Virus record (IMG/VR): IMGVR_UViG_3300046501_000246 | Strand: one strand, 5' to 3' | Origin: a virus | Length of the DNA: 64,000 nucleotides | Part shown: in pieces, positions 19,201-28,526 of the stretch | Numbering within the stretch: position 1 is the stretch's first letter | Layout of the letters: each line of letters starts with the position of its first letter | Program-made: the position numbers and the translations under genes | Notes under the pieces: model-generated | The model's database searches: none | Told to the model about the DNA's origin: nothing | The model's input: the letters and a program-made list of their open reading frames with translations, nothing else

Positions 19201-19223
19201 GCACAAAATTTAAAGAAAGTCAA
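19195..19223 (-). promoter_or_regulatory. sigma70-like promoter for the minus-strand cluster
   Basis: on minus strand TTGACT-N17-TAGATA with TG extension. Confidence 0.6.
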
Positions 19224-19231
19224 TACCTTAA

Positions 19232-19456
19232 ATGATTTTAGCATTTAATAATTTCCAGTGGATTCCCTTCTTTGAAATTGTCGAAGAGTATGGAGTCTCT
19301 GGCCGCGTCATGACTGAACCATGCCCCGTAACCGGCGATCCTATTATTCACGACATAGAAATTGACGAAATTTGGGACATGGAACAAAATAAGAACTTGA
19401 CAAAAGTCGTTGGGCATGATTATATAATCGAGCATTTAAATAATCTTATATTGTAG
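19232..19456 (+). CDS. hypothetical protein
   Basis: ORF track. Confidence 0.6.
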   Translation: MILAFNNFQWIPFFEIVEEYGVSGRVMTEPCPVTGDPIIHDIEIDEIWDMEQNKNLTKVVGHDYIIEHLNNLIL

Positions 19457-19463
19457 GTAATTA

Positions 19464-21575
19464 ATGATTTCTAATAACGCGTTAAGTGCCGACGTGATTG
19501 TTCACGGCGCGGCAGACACAGGCAATTTTTCCATCGACGCAAATGGAAAAGCATTCAAAATCCTAATCGACGGCCTTTATTCCAATAAAATTCAAGCCAT
19601 CATCAGAGAGCTAAGTTCAAACGCTTATGACGCTCAAATTGCAGCTGATCGTAGCGACTTCGCTTTCGAGGTTCAGCTTCCCAATCTCCTTGACCCTATT
19701 TTCTCGGTTCGAGACTATGGCACCTCATTGTCTCACGAAGACATTATGGGCCTTTATACCACCGTGTTCCGCAGCACGAAGGAGAATACGAACCTAGCGA
19801 TTGGCAAGTTTGGCCTCGGATCGAAGACGCCTTTTGCTTACACCGATAGCTTCACCGTCACTGCGTTTATGCGCGGCACGAAGCGTGTCTATGGTGCTTA
19901 CCTTAATCCTCAAGGCATTCCTCAAATCTCGCTCATGATGTCAGAAGACACAAACGAGCTAGATGGCTTGATGGTATCGTTCCCTGTCAACTCTAAGGAT
20001 TGTGAACGCTTCAGGCAGGAGATGGAGCGCGTCTTAGAGGGTTTCGACGTTGTTCCCAACATCCGTGGCGGCGAGGTAAAACTCAAAACGCGTGGCGAGC
20101 CTTTTTATACCGGTTCAAATTTTGAAATCTTTAAAGGCGTCGGCAAGGCCCGCGCCAAGCAAGGTTGCGTAATTTATCCCATTGATACTGATGCCTTGGG
20201 CAAACTGACCTATGCTCAGAGGGATATTTTAACATCTAATATTCTCATTGATTTTCCTATAGGGCAACTCGACGTAACGCCGAGCCGTGAATCTCTCAGC
20301 TATGACGACGCAACGATTCAAAATATCGTTGATATGGCTGATTGTGTCAGTGAAGAAATTACCAAGGACTACAAGGAAAAGTTCTCCAAAATCAAGACGA
20401 TGCATGAGGCGCGCTGCTTTGCTGCTGAGCATCAACATTCTGTTATTGCATGTGTCAAGAGCTATATCGCCCATCTGAGATTTAACGATAAGCCGGTTAA
20501 CGTGGCATCAGCAATGAATCGCGACAGGATCAGACAAGTCTACAACGTCGCGATTCATTATACCAGCGCTTATGATTTTAGAAATAAAAACCTTAAATTT
20601 AGTGAGAAGGAATACACAACTAAGTGGAGTGTCGATAGTGATACTATGTTCTTGGTTGAAGATTATACCAAAGCTAAAAAAGTTAAATTAATTAATGCTA
20701 GGGTCAAAAATAATATCGGAGACCACGATAACGTTGTCTGGATCAGAGACTATGGTGCAAGTCCTGAACAATTAAGAAAATTAAAAAAGCTTTTAGGTTA
20801 TCCGCCGAAGTTCTACCGCCTAGAAGATTTCAATCTTCCTGAGCGCGAAAAGCCCGATCCATCATCTTATCTGCCAAGGATTAAACATAGCGAGGTAAGA
20901 GTTGTCGGCTTTGGGATAGGTGATGCTGTCCTAGACCTGAAAAACTTAACGCCTGACACTCGTTATATTATTACACACAACGGAAGTTTGTGGGTAGACG
21001 AGTCTTACGATAAATACGTTTACAACCACACAATACATAACCTGTTCGAAGATAAGACGAATATTTTTGTTGTCAAGCAGAAGTCTCTTAATAAGGTCAA
21101 AGCGGCTGGCGTGACAAACGCGCTGACCGAGGCTCGCGACGAATTGGCCAAGGGTCTAGATTTCAAGTCTTTTGTTGAGAAAAGCAATCTAGAAAAGGAA
21201 ATGAATCATTGGCTCAAAAATTACGCCGAAGAATTAAGCGTTTTAGAATATGAAAATGATACTTCATTCAAAAAAGTGCTTGACTTTATGCGTAGATATG
21301 CTAAGAGCGAGGATGAACAAACAGAGAACGCGAAAAACATTCTGCTTTGGCAGCAACTTGTCCCGCCCCAAGTTTATAGCGAAAAGATAGCTGAATTCAC
21401 GATAGAAGTTTCTTCTGATGAGGCCCTAAAACATTGGGTCACAAAGATCAAAGAAGATTATCCGTTGATCGACAAATACATTATTTCCTATGATGACGGC
21501 ACGTTCTTAAATAATTTGAATAATATTTTTAATTATATTAAAATGGTAGATAGAGAGAATGAGCAACATGCATGA
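19464..21575 (+). CDS. rIIA: rIIA-like protein (N-terminal GHKL/Hsp90-like ATPase)
   Basis: LYSNKIQAIIRELSSNAYDA, VRDYGTSLS, STK, IGKFGLGSKTPFAYTDSF; followed by rIIB-like gene. Confidence 0.85.
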   Translation: MISNNALSADVIVHGAADTGNFSIDANGKAFKILIDGLYSNKIQAIIRELSSNAYDAQIAADRSDFAFEVQLPNLLDPIFSVRDYGTSLSHEDIMGLYTTVFRSTKENTNLAIGKFGLGSKTPFAYTDSFTVTAFMRGTKRVYGAYLNPQGIPQISLMMSEDTNELDGLMVSFPVNSKDCERFRQEMERVLEGFDVVPNIRGGEVKLKTRGEPFYTGSNFEIFKGVGKARAKQGCVIYPIDTDALGKLTYAQRDILTSNILIDFPIGQLDVTPSRESLSYDDATIQNIVDMADCVSEEITKDYKEKFSKIKTMHEARCFAAEHQHSVIACVKSYIAHLRFNDKPVNVASAMNRDRIRQVYNVAIHYTSAYDFRNKNLKFSEKEYTTKWSVDSDTMFLVEDYTKAKKVKLINARVKNNIGDHDNVVWIRDYGASPEQLRKLKKLLGYPPKFYRLEDFNLPEREKPDPSSYLPRIKHSEVRVVGFGIGDAVLDLKNLTPDTRYIITHNGSLWVDESYDKYVYNHTIHNLFEDKTNIFVVKQKSLNKVKAAGVTNALTEARDELAKGLDFKSFVEKSNLEKEMNHWLKNYAEELSVLEYENDTSFKKVLDFMRRYAKSEDEQTENAKNILLWQQLVPPQVYSEKIAEFTIEVSSDEALKHWVTKIKEDYPLIDKYIISYDDGTFLNNLNNIFNYIKMVDRENEQHA
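21280..21307 (+). promoter_or_regulatory. possible internal rIIB promoter within rIIA
   Basis: TTGACT-N16-TAAGAG with TG extension. Confidence 0.3.
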
Positions 21576-22545
21576 ACTAGGTTTTATTCTGACCGCAAAA
21601 GGCGTCCTTTTGTTTTTTGACGGTAAGTCAGTACCCGTTGATAAGACACATCTTTATTTCGAAGACATTGTTACCGAACTGAAGAAGGGTCACGGCAATT
21701 TTGATGTGGCCCGCGTCAAGGAACTTTCAAATATTCCTGAGACGATCAAAGGTAAACTCTTTGGCGACGTGACTGTCACAGATGGCCAGATTTACTACAA
21801 GAACAGACCGCTTCACAATACTTTGACCACTAAGATGATTGAAGTCATGAGAGAAGGTTGGGACATTGCCATTTGGGCTAACTTCTTGAATAATGTGATG
21901 AAGAACCCTTCACAAACTGCTATTGACGAACTGTATCTGTTCCTTGAAGCGGCGCAAATGCCTCTAACATCAGATGGTCACTTCCTAGCATTTAAGAAGG
22001 TAAATAATGACTATACCAGTATTTACGACAACAAAACAGATAACAGTATTGGCTCAAAGCCTTCTATGCCTCGTGAAACGGTCGATCCCAACCGTAATTC
22101 TACTTGCAGCCGTGGTCTACATTTTTGTGCTCATAGTTACTTAACTCATTTTGGTGATGCCTCAAAATCACGTGTTGTTGTCGTTAAGATCAATCCCGCT
22201 GATGTTGTGGCTATCCCTTCGGATTATGCTAATGCCAAGGGCAGGGCTTGGACCTACGAAGTCGTAAGCGAAATCGATAATCCCGGCGACGGCGAGCGTG
22301 AAAAGCGTTTTGATGTTGCGGTAGATGATTCGTGGGATGCGCCAGAGGAAGACACAGCTGAACTAGCTCTTGGTGATACTCCTAGTGATCTTCTCTTTGG
22401 CGACATTTACACGGCACAGGAAATCCTTGACAAAGTGAATGAAATCGGTTCTATCAGGGGTGCGGGTCGAGCCCTCAGAATTGCTAAATCCACATTTGGC
22501 GATTGGGTCAAGAAGGCGAAGGAAATCACTTCACAGGAGGATTAA
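21559..22545 (+). CDS. rIIB: rIIB-like protein with C-terminal HTH
   Basis: NFLNNVMKNPS..AIDELYLFL, LTSDGHFLAFKKV, CSRGLH, VVVKINPADVVAIPSDY, KGRAWTYEVV. Confidence 0.85.
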   Translation: MSNMHELGFILTAKGVLLFFDGKSVPVDKTHLYFEDIVTELKKGHGNFDVARVKELSNIPETIKGKLFGDVTVTDGQIYYKNRPLHNTLTTKMIEVMREGWDIAIWANFLNNVMKNPSQTAIDELYLFLEAAQMPLTSDGHFLAFKKVNNDYTSIYDNKTDNSIGSKPSMPRETVDPNRNSTCSRGLHFCAHSYLTHFGDASKSRVVVVKINPADVVAIPSDYANAKGRAWTYEVVSEIDNPGDGEREKRFDVAVDDSWDAPEEDTAELALGDTPSDLLFGDIYTAQEILDKVNEIGSIRGAGRALRIAKSTFGDWVKKAKEITSQED

Positions 22546-22929
22546 ATGAAATTTCGTTACAAGGTTCTACTAGGTGTGGCGGCTATCATGGCCGTCACCT
22601 ACGGCGTGAGATACATATATGTAGCTGCGACGACAACCACAGTCACTGACACGTTCACGCGAGACAGTGAGCGTGTCTGCTCCCAAGACGATGCTCAGAA
22701 GTGTAAGTACATCGCATTTGGGCAGAACGAAACTTACGAAAATACCGATGAATGGGTTTTCCTAAAATATAATTCTTCGGACGTAAATCGTTTTCTCGTT
22801 AAAGGCGCGACATGCACCATGAAAGTTTATGGTAAGCGCATCAAGTGGCTGTCTTGGTACAGAAACATTATCACGGCGGATTGCGCCGATCCTATTAAAT
22901 TTAGAATAGAGCCTAAACTAAATAAATGA
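22546..22929 (+). CDS. membrane-anchored exported protein (DUF1523-like)
   Basis: N-terminal TM; YENTD.W.FLKYNSSD, YGKRI.WLSWYRNII. Confidence 0.55.
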   Translation: MKFRYKVLLGVAAIMAVTYGVRYIYVAATTTTVTDTFTRDSERVCSQDDAQKCKYIAFGQNETYENTDEWVFLKYNSSDVNRFLVKGATCTMKVYGKRIKWLSWYRNIITADCADPIKFRIEPKLNK

Positions 22930-22943
22930 GCGCTTCGGCGCTC
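22928..22943. terminator. cUUCGg hairpin (terminator-like; no clear U tract)
   Basis: GAGCGC-TTCG-GCGCTC directly after the stop codon. Confidence 0.5.
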
Positions 22944-22971
22944 CCTTCCCGTTTCAAAATTAAGAAAAATT

Positions 22972-24108
22972 ATGATTTATAAAACTTTATATCACCGCGA
23001 CAATAATGATAATATTCGCATCTGGTTCATGGAGCAAGAAGGTTCAAAATTTCGAACCCACTCAGGCATTGAAGGCGGCAAGATCGTCATCTCTGAATGG
23101 AAACAGGCAAATGCTAAGAACGTAGGCAAGACGAATGCCACGAGCGATGAGAGCCAAGCCACAGCTGAAATTGAAGCTCTCTATCAAAAGAAGTTGGATC
23201 GCAAATACAGCCTCACGGCTGACACGGCTCAGCGATCAAACTTTGTCCAGCCCATGCTAGCCGATAAATTTCACGAAATCAAAACTTTTAAAACGAAGAA
23301 GACTTGGTTCCTTCAGCCAAAGTTTGATGGCCTTCGTTGCGTCATGGATGAAGATGGCGGCACGTCCCGCGCCGGTAAGCCTTTCCATACCGTGGAACAC
23401 CTTGTCACCGATCTGTCTGAAGCCGCATTAAAATATAACGTCACATTCGATGGCGAACTTTATAATCACGATTACAAAGAAGATTTCGAAAAAATCGTTT
23501 CTCTGGTCAAGAAGCAGAAGCTTTCAAGCCTTAGCGAGGAAGAACTACAAGAGATTGCGGAAAAAGTCCAGTTCCACATCTACGACGTAATTTTTTGGGA
23601 CGATTTGGAACGCCCGTATCGAGACAGATTTGATTTTCTTGAAGAGATTTTTGAAGAAGACTTTTTAGATATTAAAAATATTAAACTATGTAAGACTATT
23701 CAAATCGATGGCCTTGATCTTGAAAGAACACAGCAGGCTCACGACAATTTTTTTGCTGATGGTTATGAAGGACTGATGCTTCGTGACGCTGATTCCCCTT
23801 ATGAATTCAAGCGCTCAAAAGGCCTTCTAAAATATAAAAACTTTGACGAAGATGAATTTGAACTTTTAGATATCATTGAAGGTCAAGGCAATTGGAGTGG
23901 CGCTGCCAAAGCAGTCGTTGTTAAAACTCCTCACGGAGAATCCGAAGCCGGTGTTGCTGGCACCTATGAACGCAATAAAGACATTTGGGAAAACCCTAAA
24001 AAGTATATCGGCGGACAAGTTACCGTTAAATATCAAGGGTATACCAAAGACAATAAGTTGCGTTTCGGTGTAGTCAAAGCTTTCCATGAAGGCAAAAGAG
24101 ATTACTGA
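22972..24108 (+). CDS. lig: ATP-dependent DNA ligase
   Basis: motifs QPKFDGLRC, FDGELY, FHIYDV, EGLMLR, LLKYK; C-terminal OB fold. Confidence 0.9.
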   Translation: MIYKTLYHRDNNDNIRIWFMEQEGSKFRTHSGIEGGKIVISEWKQANAKNVGKTNATSDESQATAEIEALYQKKLDRKYSLTADTAQRSNFVQPMLADKFHEIKTFKTKKTWFLQPKFDGLRCVMDEDGGTSRAGKPFHTVEHLVTDLSEAALKYNVTFDGELYNHDYKEDFEKIVSLVKKQKLSSLSEEELQEIAEKVQFHIYDVIFWDDLERPYRDRFDFLEEIFEEDFLDIKNIKLCKTIQIDGLDLERTQQAHDNFFADGYEGLMLRDADSPYEFKRSKGLLKYKNFDEDEFELLDIIEGQGNWSGAAKAVVVKTPHGESEAGVAGTYERNKDIWENPKKYIGGQVTVKYQGYTKDNKLRFGVVKAFHEGKRDY

Positions 24109-24431
24109 TGTACGGATTAGAAAAAATAACAATACACCAATATCAATACGATGACATGCAACGAAAGATAGCCAAGCTAAAAGCTCTTGAAGATGCTGGC
24201 GTCCAAAATTGGGGCATGTACACCATTGCCTTGGAAGAATGGCAGAAGAAAGTCGATATTGAAGATTCGATTCAGACCGCAATCGATGATGTTAACGATC
24301 TACTGACTGAAGCCGATATTGATCAACCTGCTGGTTCGGGTTGCGGTTATGCCATTTCTTATGACGAAAAAGCTATGGCCAAAATTCTTAATTCATTTTA
24401 TGAACGCCATTCAAAATTAAGGTTACTATGA
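24108..24431 (+). CDS. hypothetical protein
   Basis: ORF track. Confidence 0.6.
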   Translation: MYGLEKITIHQYQYDDMQRKIAKLKALEDAGVQNWGMYTIALEEWQKKVDIEDSIQTAIDDVNDLLTEADIDQPAGSGCGYAISYDEKAMAKILNSFYERHSKLRLL

Positions 24432-24913
24432 CTCAATATTACGCGGGAATCGGGAGCCGTCAAACCCCTGACGAGGTTATAGAAGAAATGAGAACCATCG
24501 CCGCTATTTTGAGAGAGAACGGTTATGTTCTCAACTCAGGAGGCGCTGATGGAGCCGATACAGCATTCGAAGATGGTGCAGGCGATCAGAAGCAAATCTT
24601 TCTGCCATGGAATGGTTTTAATGGCAGAGAAGACGGTATTGTGGCGGGCGGCAGAACTTTTGCCAAGAAGATCGCAATGAGGGTCCACCCTTATTGGGAT
24701 AACCTGACCCAAGGCGGGAAGAAACTGCATACCAGAAACGTTTGCCAAGTCCTCGGTAACGACTTTAAGACTCACGTCGATTTTGTCGTGTGCTGGACTC
24801 CAGATGGCAAGCCGAGTGGCGGAACCAGAACGGCCATCGTCATTGCTGAAGAATATAGCATCCCTGTATATAATTTAAAGAATGGGAAATTTCCCATTGA
24901 CAAATTCCTCTGA
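24428..24913 (+). CDS. SLOG-superfamily (DprA/Smf-like) nucleotide-binding protein
   Basis: YAGIGSRQTP, LNSGGADGAD.AFE, IFLPW.GF, RN..QVLG, GGT..A. Confidence 0.75.
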   Translation: MTQYYAGIGSRQTPDEVIEEMRTIAAILRENGYVLNSGGADGADTAFEDGAGDQKQIFLPWNGFNGREDGIVAGGRTFAKKIAMRVHPYWDNLTQGGKKLHTRNVCQVLGNDFKTHVDFVVCWTPDGKPSGGTRTAIVIAEEYSIPVYNLKNGKFPIDKFL

Positions 24914-24924
24914 TGTGCTAACTT
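24897..24924 (+). promoter_or_regulatory. sigma70-like promoter
   Basis: TTGACA-N16-TAACTT with TG extension; AAGGAG SD before ATG 24962. Confidence 0.45.
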
Positions 24925-24961
24925 TTCCTTACATTCACAAAACGGAACAAGGAGACACGTC

Positions 24962-25826
24962 ATGCAGGAAATCACTTATCGCGCCGCCCTTCGCAAGCTC
25001 ATTCTCGCTGGTGGCAACATTATAGGCGCTACCTTCGTGAAGAAAGACGGCAAGATTCGTGACATGACGTTTCGCCGCAATGTCGCAACTCTGGTCAAGA
25101 ACAATCCAGACAACGCTAAGAACGACAGCCGCGAGCGAGTACGTCGCGGTTCACTCATTACTGTTGTCGAGATGGATGGAACGCAGGACAGGAAGTGGAA
25201 GACGGTTAATCTCCGCACCATGACTGAACTTCGGATCAATAAGGAAAGTTATAAAATTAAATGAACCAAGAATACATTGACAATGTCGTGGAACAAGTCA
25301 AAACTGGTTATTGTGAAGGAAATTGGGACAAAGTTCTGAATCATTTTGGCGAAGAAGCCGCCGATGATCTTGACTTAATGGCCAAGTTCGATTATGACGA
25401 AGTTTACAAAAGAGGTGATGTAAAAGAGTGTGAAGTGTTTTACCACATCGCCTTCGTTCAACGGACGTTGATTACGCTCCTGTTCGACATAGCCGAAAAC
25501 GAAGAAGCTATGACGACTTACGTCTACCTAGAATATTGGGTTTATAAACTATTTGATAAGTGCTCAGGAGTGGATAAGGAACTATGGCTTCAATAATTAA
25601 AAAGACCGCAATCGTATGTGCCGACGTGATGGAATTTGAGGATTTGACTAAGTTCCGTCACAAAGAGGGAGTAGAAGAATACATTCATGTGGATACGCTT
25701 GCCGACCTAGAAACGATTGACATTCTTACAAACGCCGTCTACCTTAGATCGGCTAAAGATTTAGAAGAATTCACTCAGATCAAGGCGGCAATTGGTGCAA
25801 AAGGAGTATCGGAACGATGGCAGTAA
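24962..25826 (+). CDS. three hypothetical proteins (24962-25264 SH3/Sm-like; 25261-25596; 25584-25826)
   Basis: ORF track; TFVKKDGKIRDMTF pattern in the first. Confidence 0.6.
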
Positions 25827-26401
25827 AGCGCGCTAAGATCATCGAATCTAAGGATTTGAAGGTTGTCTTTAAATTGATAGATTCCACTAAGGATTATAAG
25901 ACCAAGACGCGCGACAAGGTTGCTGTGCTTCTTAGTGTCAAAGCTGGTCTGCGCGCCGCTGAAATTGCTGGCCTCCGTTGGATCGATGTTACTAAGCCAG
26001 ACGGCACTATTGCTGATGTCATGCATATCGGACACCATATCACCAAGGGAGGGAAGAAGGATCGACAAGTCCCAATTCATCCTGAGTTGAAACACTACCT
26101 TGAAATCCTCAGAAAGCAACGCCCTAACGATGAGATTATTCGATTCGGTGACTACAAGGAGACCATGACGCCGAATGCTATGACGGTTTGGTTCTCCCGC
26201 CTGTATCAAGCTGCTGGCCTAGAGGGATGTTCGTCCCACAGTGGCAGGCGTACCTTCATCACATCGGCGGCACGGCAGGCAAACCTATACAACGCCTCGC
26301 TGCGCGATGTGCAGGACTTGGCAGGCCATGCCAGCTTGACCACGACAGAGCGCTACATCGATCCTAGCGATGGCGTGAAGGCTCTGGTGTCCTCTCTATG
26401 A
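25817..26401 (+). CDS. tyrosine recombinase, catalytic domain only
   Basis: GLRAAEI (R), TKGGK (K), HSGRRTF (HxxR), LAGH (H), TERY (Y). Confidence 0.88.
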   Translation: MAVKRAKIIESKDLKVVFKLIDSTKDYKTKTRDKVAVLLSVKAGLRAAEIAGLRWIDVTKPDGTIADVMHIGHHITKGGKKDRQVPIHPELKHYLEILRKQRPNDEIIRFGDYKETMTPNAMTVWFSRLYQAAGLEGCSSHSGRRTFITSAARQANLYNASLRDVQDLAGHASLTTTERYIDPSDGVKALVSSL

Positions 26402-26897
26402 CAACGGCAGACGACATTCCAGTATTTGAATACGTCGAGACATTTGAGATCAGCGGGAGAGGGACACTTTATTGTGGCCCTTCTCCTTTTGACGACCCGT
26501 TGCGTGTCATGGAATGGATCGGAACCAAGGTCATGATCGACGGCGAGATTCGCACGATTCGCGGCACTGAAACACTCATGTCATTCATAGGCCCTAGAAA
26601 GGGAAGCCCTATCGGCCTGCTTTTTACTGCTGAAAATAAGGAAAATTTATGACTACTGTAACTATTAAAAAATTTGATATTTTGGATAGCCTAAACGCAG
26701 CTGAAGATTATGGGTATTTCAAACCAATCCTCCTAGAAGAGCTGGTGAAATGGCACGGCCCTATCACTGTAGCAGAAATTGAATCCTTTGCCGAAAGCTA
26801 TCTAGAAGAAGACGGCTATGGTGAAGACGACGTAGCGGCTGCTATCGAAAATATTACTTACATTTTTAAGATGTATGGGAAAATTATTGATGCGTGA
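26398..26897 (+). CDS. two hypothetical proteins (26398-26652; 26649-26897)
   Basis: ORF track; ATGA overlaps. Confidence 0.6.
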
Positions 26898-27324
26898 TAT
26901 TATTGTCGATCTAGACGGCACGGTAGCTGATTGCTCGCACCGTCAACATTACGTGCAATCCAAGCCTTCCAACTGGAAAGCTTTCGAAGCCGGAATCCCT
27001 CACGATCCTCCACATCAGCATGTCATTGATTTGGTCAACACGCTTTATGCCGCTGGCTGGCGCGTCGTGCTTTGCTCTGGCCGTGGCGAGCAGTCTAGGG
27101 ATCACACAGAGGAATGGCTGCGGAATAGGGTCAACTATCACGCTCTCTATATGAGAGCGAAGAACGATAGCCGCCGCGACGATATCGTTAAGATGGAACT
27201 GCTGGATCAAATCATTGCAGATGGATTCAATCCTAGCTTTGCGCTTGATGACCGTGACCAAGTCGTTGCGGCATGGCGAGCCAGAGGTATTCCCTGCTTC
27301 CAAGTCGCGCCGGGGAACTTTTGA
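26890..27324 (+). CDS. HAD-family phosphatase resembling the T4 Pnkp (PseT) 3'-phosphatase domain
   Basis: DLDGT, SGRGE, MRAKNDSRRDDIVK, DDRDQVV. Confidence 0.85.
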   Translation: MRDIIVDLDGTVADCSHRQHYVQSKPSNWKAFEAGIPHDPPHQHVIDLVNTLYAAGWRVVLCSGRGEQSRDHTEEWLRNRVNYHALYMRAKNDSRRDDIVKMELLDQIIADGFNPSFALDDRDQVVAAWRARGIPCFQVAPGNF

Positions 27325-27572
27325 TGGCAGAAATTCCTCAAATTATTATGGAAGCTCTGGCACAAGTTAGCGACGATGTACCGGTGGCTTATAATAGCGA
27401 TTGTCTCTATGTCCACGTCCTTAACGAAGACGAAACTGAATATACTGAAATGGGTTTTGGTCTTCACAATGAGCGTTGGCTACTTTACAGCTGCACCGAA
27501 AATATTCCTGAAGGCTGGTGGGAAACCATTCAACTGTACCTCATGAAACATCAATCTGATTGCGAAAATTAA
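27324..27572 (+). CDS. hypothetical protein
   Basis: ORF track (ATG 27324). Confidence 0.55.
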   Translation: MAEIPQIIMEALAQVSDDVPVAYNSDCLYVHVLNEDETEYTEMGFGLHNERWLLYSCTENIPEGWWETIQLYLMKHQSDCEN

Positions 27573-27576
27573 AAAA

Positions 27577-27903
27577 ATGAAAATGTACATCGCCGTACTT
27601 GACGAGTTTCCTGACTACATGGTCCCGACGCTTGTCGCGCACTCCGTGCTAAGTGCTCATCTAGAATTTCAAAACCAGCCTAGGTATAAGGGCTGGCTCA
27701 GCATGTCTTTCAAGAAATGTGTGGTCCGTGTTAATCAGCGCGAATTCGATAAGATTGCTGCGCTAGAGCACGTCTACCTCGGTCACGAGAATAAGACTCT
27801 TGAGGGTCGCAAGGCTTGTGCCGTTGTGCTTCCTAATTTAGAGGAAGATGATCCAAACGTGCTAAAATTTGCTAAGTTGTGGAAGCCAAAAGTAAATGAT
27901 TAA
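27577..27903 (+). CDS. peptidyl-tRNA hydrolase 2 (PTH2)-like protein
   Basis: MKMYIAV...TLVAHSVL...W...FKKCVVRV...AVV.P layout resembles the PTH2 fold. Confidence 0.5.
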   Translation: MKMYIAVLDEFPDYMVPTLVAHSVLSAHLEFQNQPRYKGWLSMSFKKCVVRVNQREFDKIAALEHVYLGHENKTLEGRKACAVVLPNLEEDDPNVLKFAKLWKPKVND

Positions 27904-27992
27904 ATGGTATTACGGCTTAGTTCTTAAGTCTAATAAATCTTTTAAAGAACTACTTAATGACGCGTTGAAGCGTTTAGAAGAAAAAGAAGAAC

Positions 27993-28526
27993 ATGGGAAA
28001 ACGTAGTAATTTTGACAAAATACCCAAAGATTATTATAGAACTATTGATCCTAGAGCGGTACAAGCGCTTAAAGCATTTATACCCTCTGGAACTAAATTC
28101 GTAGAACCTTGCGCGGGCGATGGCATTCTCACTAAACAGTTAGCGGGTGTAATGGGCCTAATTTGTGTAGCGGAATATGACATTGAACCGAATGCGCCTC
28201 AAATTAAATCACTTAACGCATTGACAATTGAAGAAAGCCATGTTAGTGATGCAGACCTAATCATAAGTAATCCGCCGTGGACCAGAAGTTTGCTCCACCC
28301 AATGATCGAAAGGTTTGCATCTCTTCGCCCCACATGGCTTCTGTTTGACAGTTCGTGGCCTTTCACAAAACAATCTTCCACATTGATGGAAAAATATTGT
28401 ACCGATATCGTTGCAATTGGCCGTCTTAAATGGATCGAAAATACAACCATGTCTGGTAAGGATGATTGCTCTTGGTATCGTTTCGATATAAACAAATTAG
28501 GAGGCTGCAAGTTCCATGGCCGTTAG
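27993..28526 (+). CDS. amino-DNA methyltransferase (N6-A or N4-C)
   Basis: KDYYRT, motif I VEPCAGDG, motif IV ISNPPW. Confidence 0.8.
   Translation: MGKRSNFDKIPKDYYRTIDPRAVQALKAFIPSGTKFVEPCAGDGILTKQLAGVMGLICVAEYDIEPNAPQIKSLNALTIEESHVSDADLIISNPPWTRSLLHPMIERFASLRPTWLLFDSSWPFTKQSSTLMEKYCTDIVAIGRLKWIENTTMSGKDDCSWYRFDINKLGGCKFHGR

Noticed and set aside
25817-26401. Prophage or integrative element boundary at the recombinase
   Set aside because: No att-like repeat, repressor or host genes are seen, and phage genes continue on both sides.
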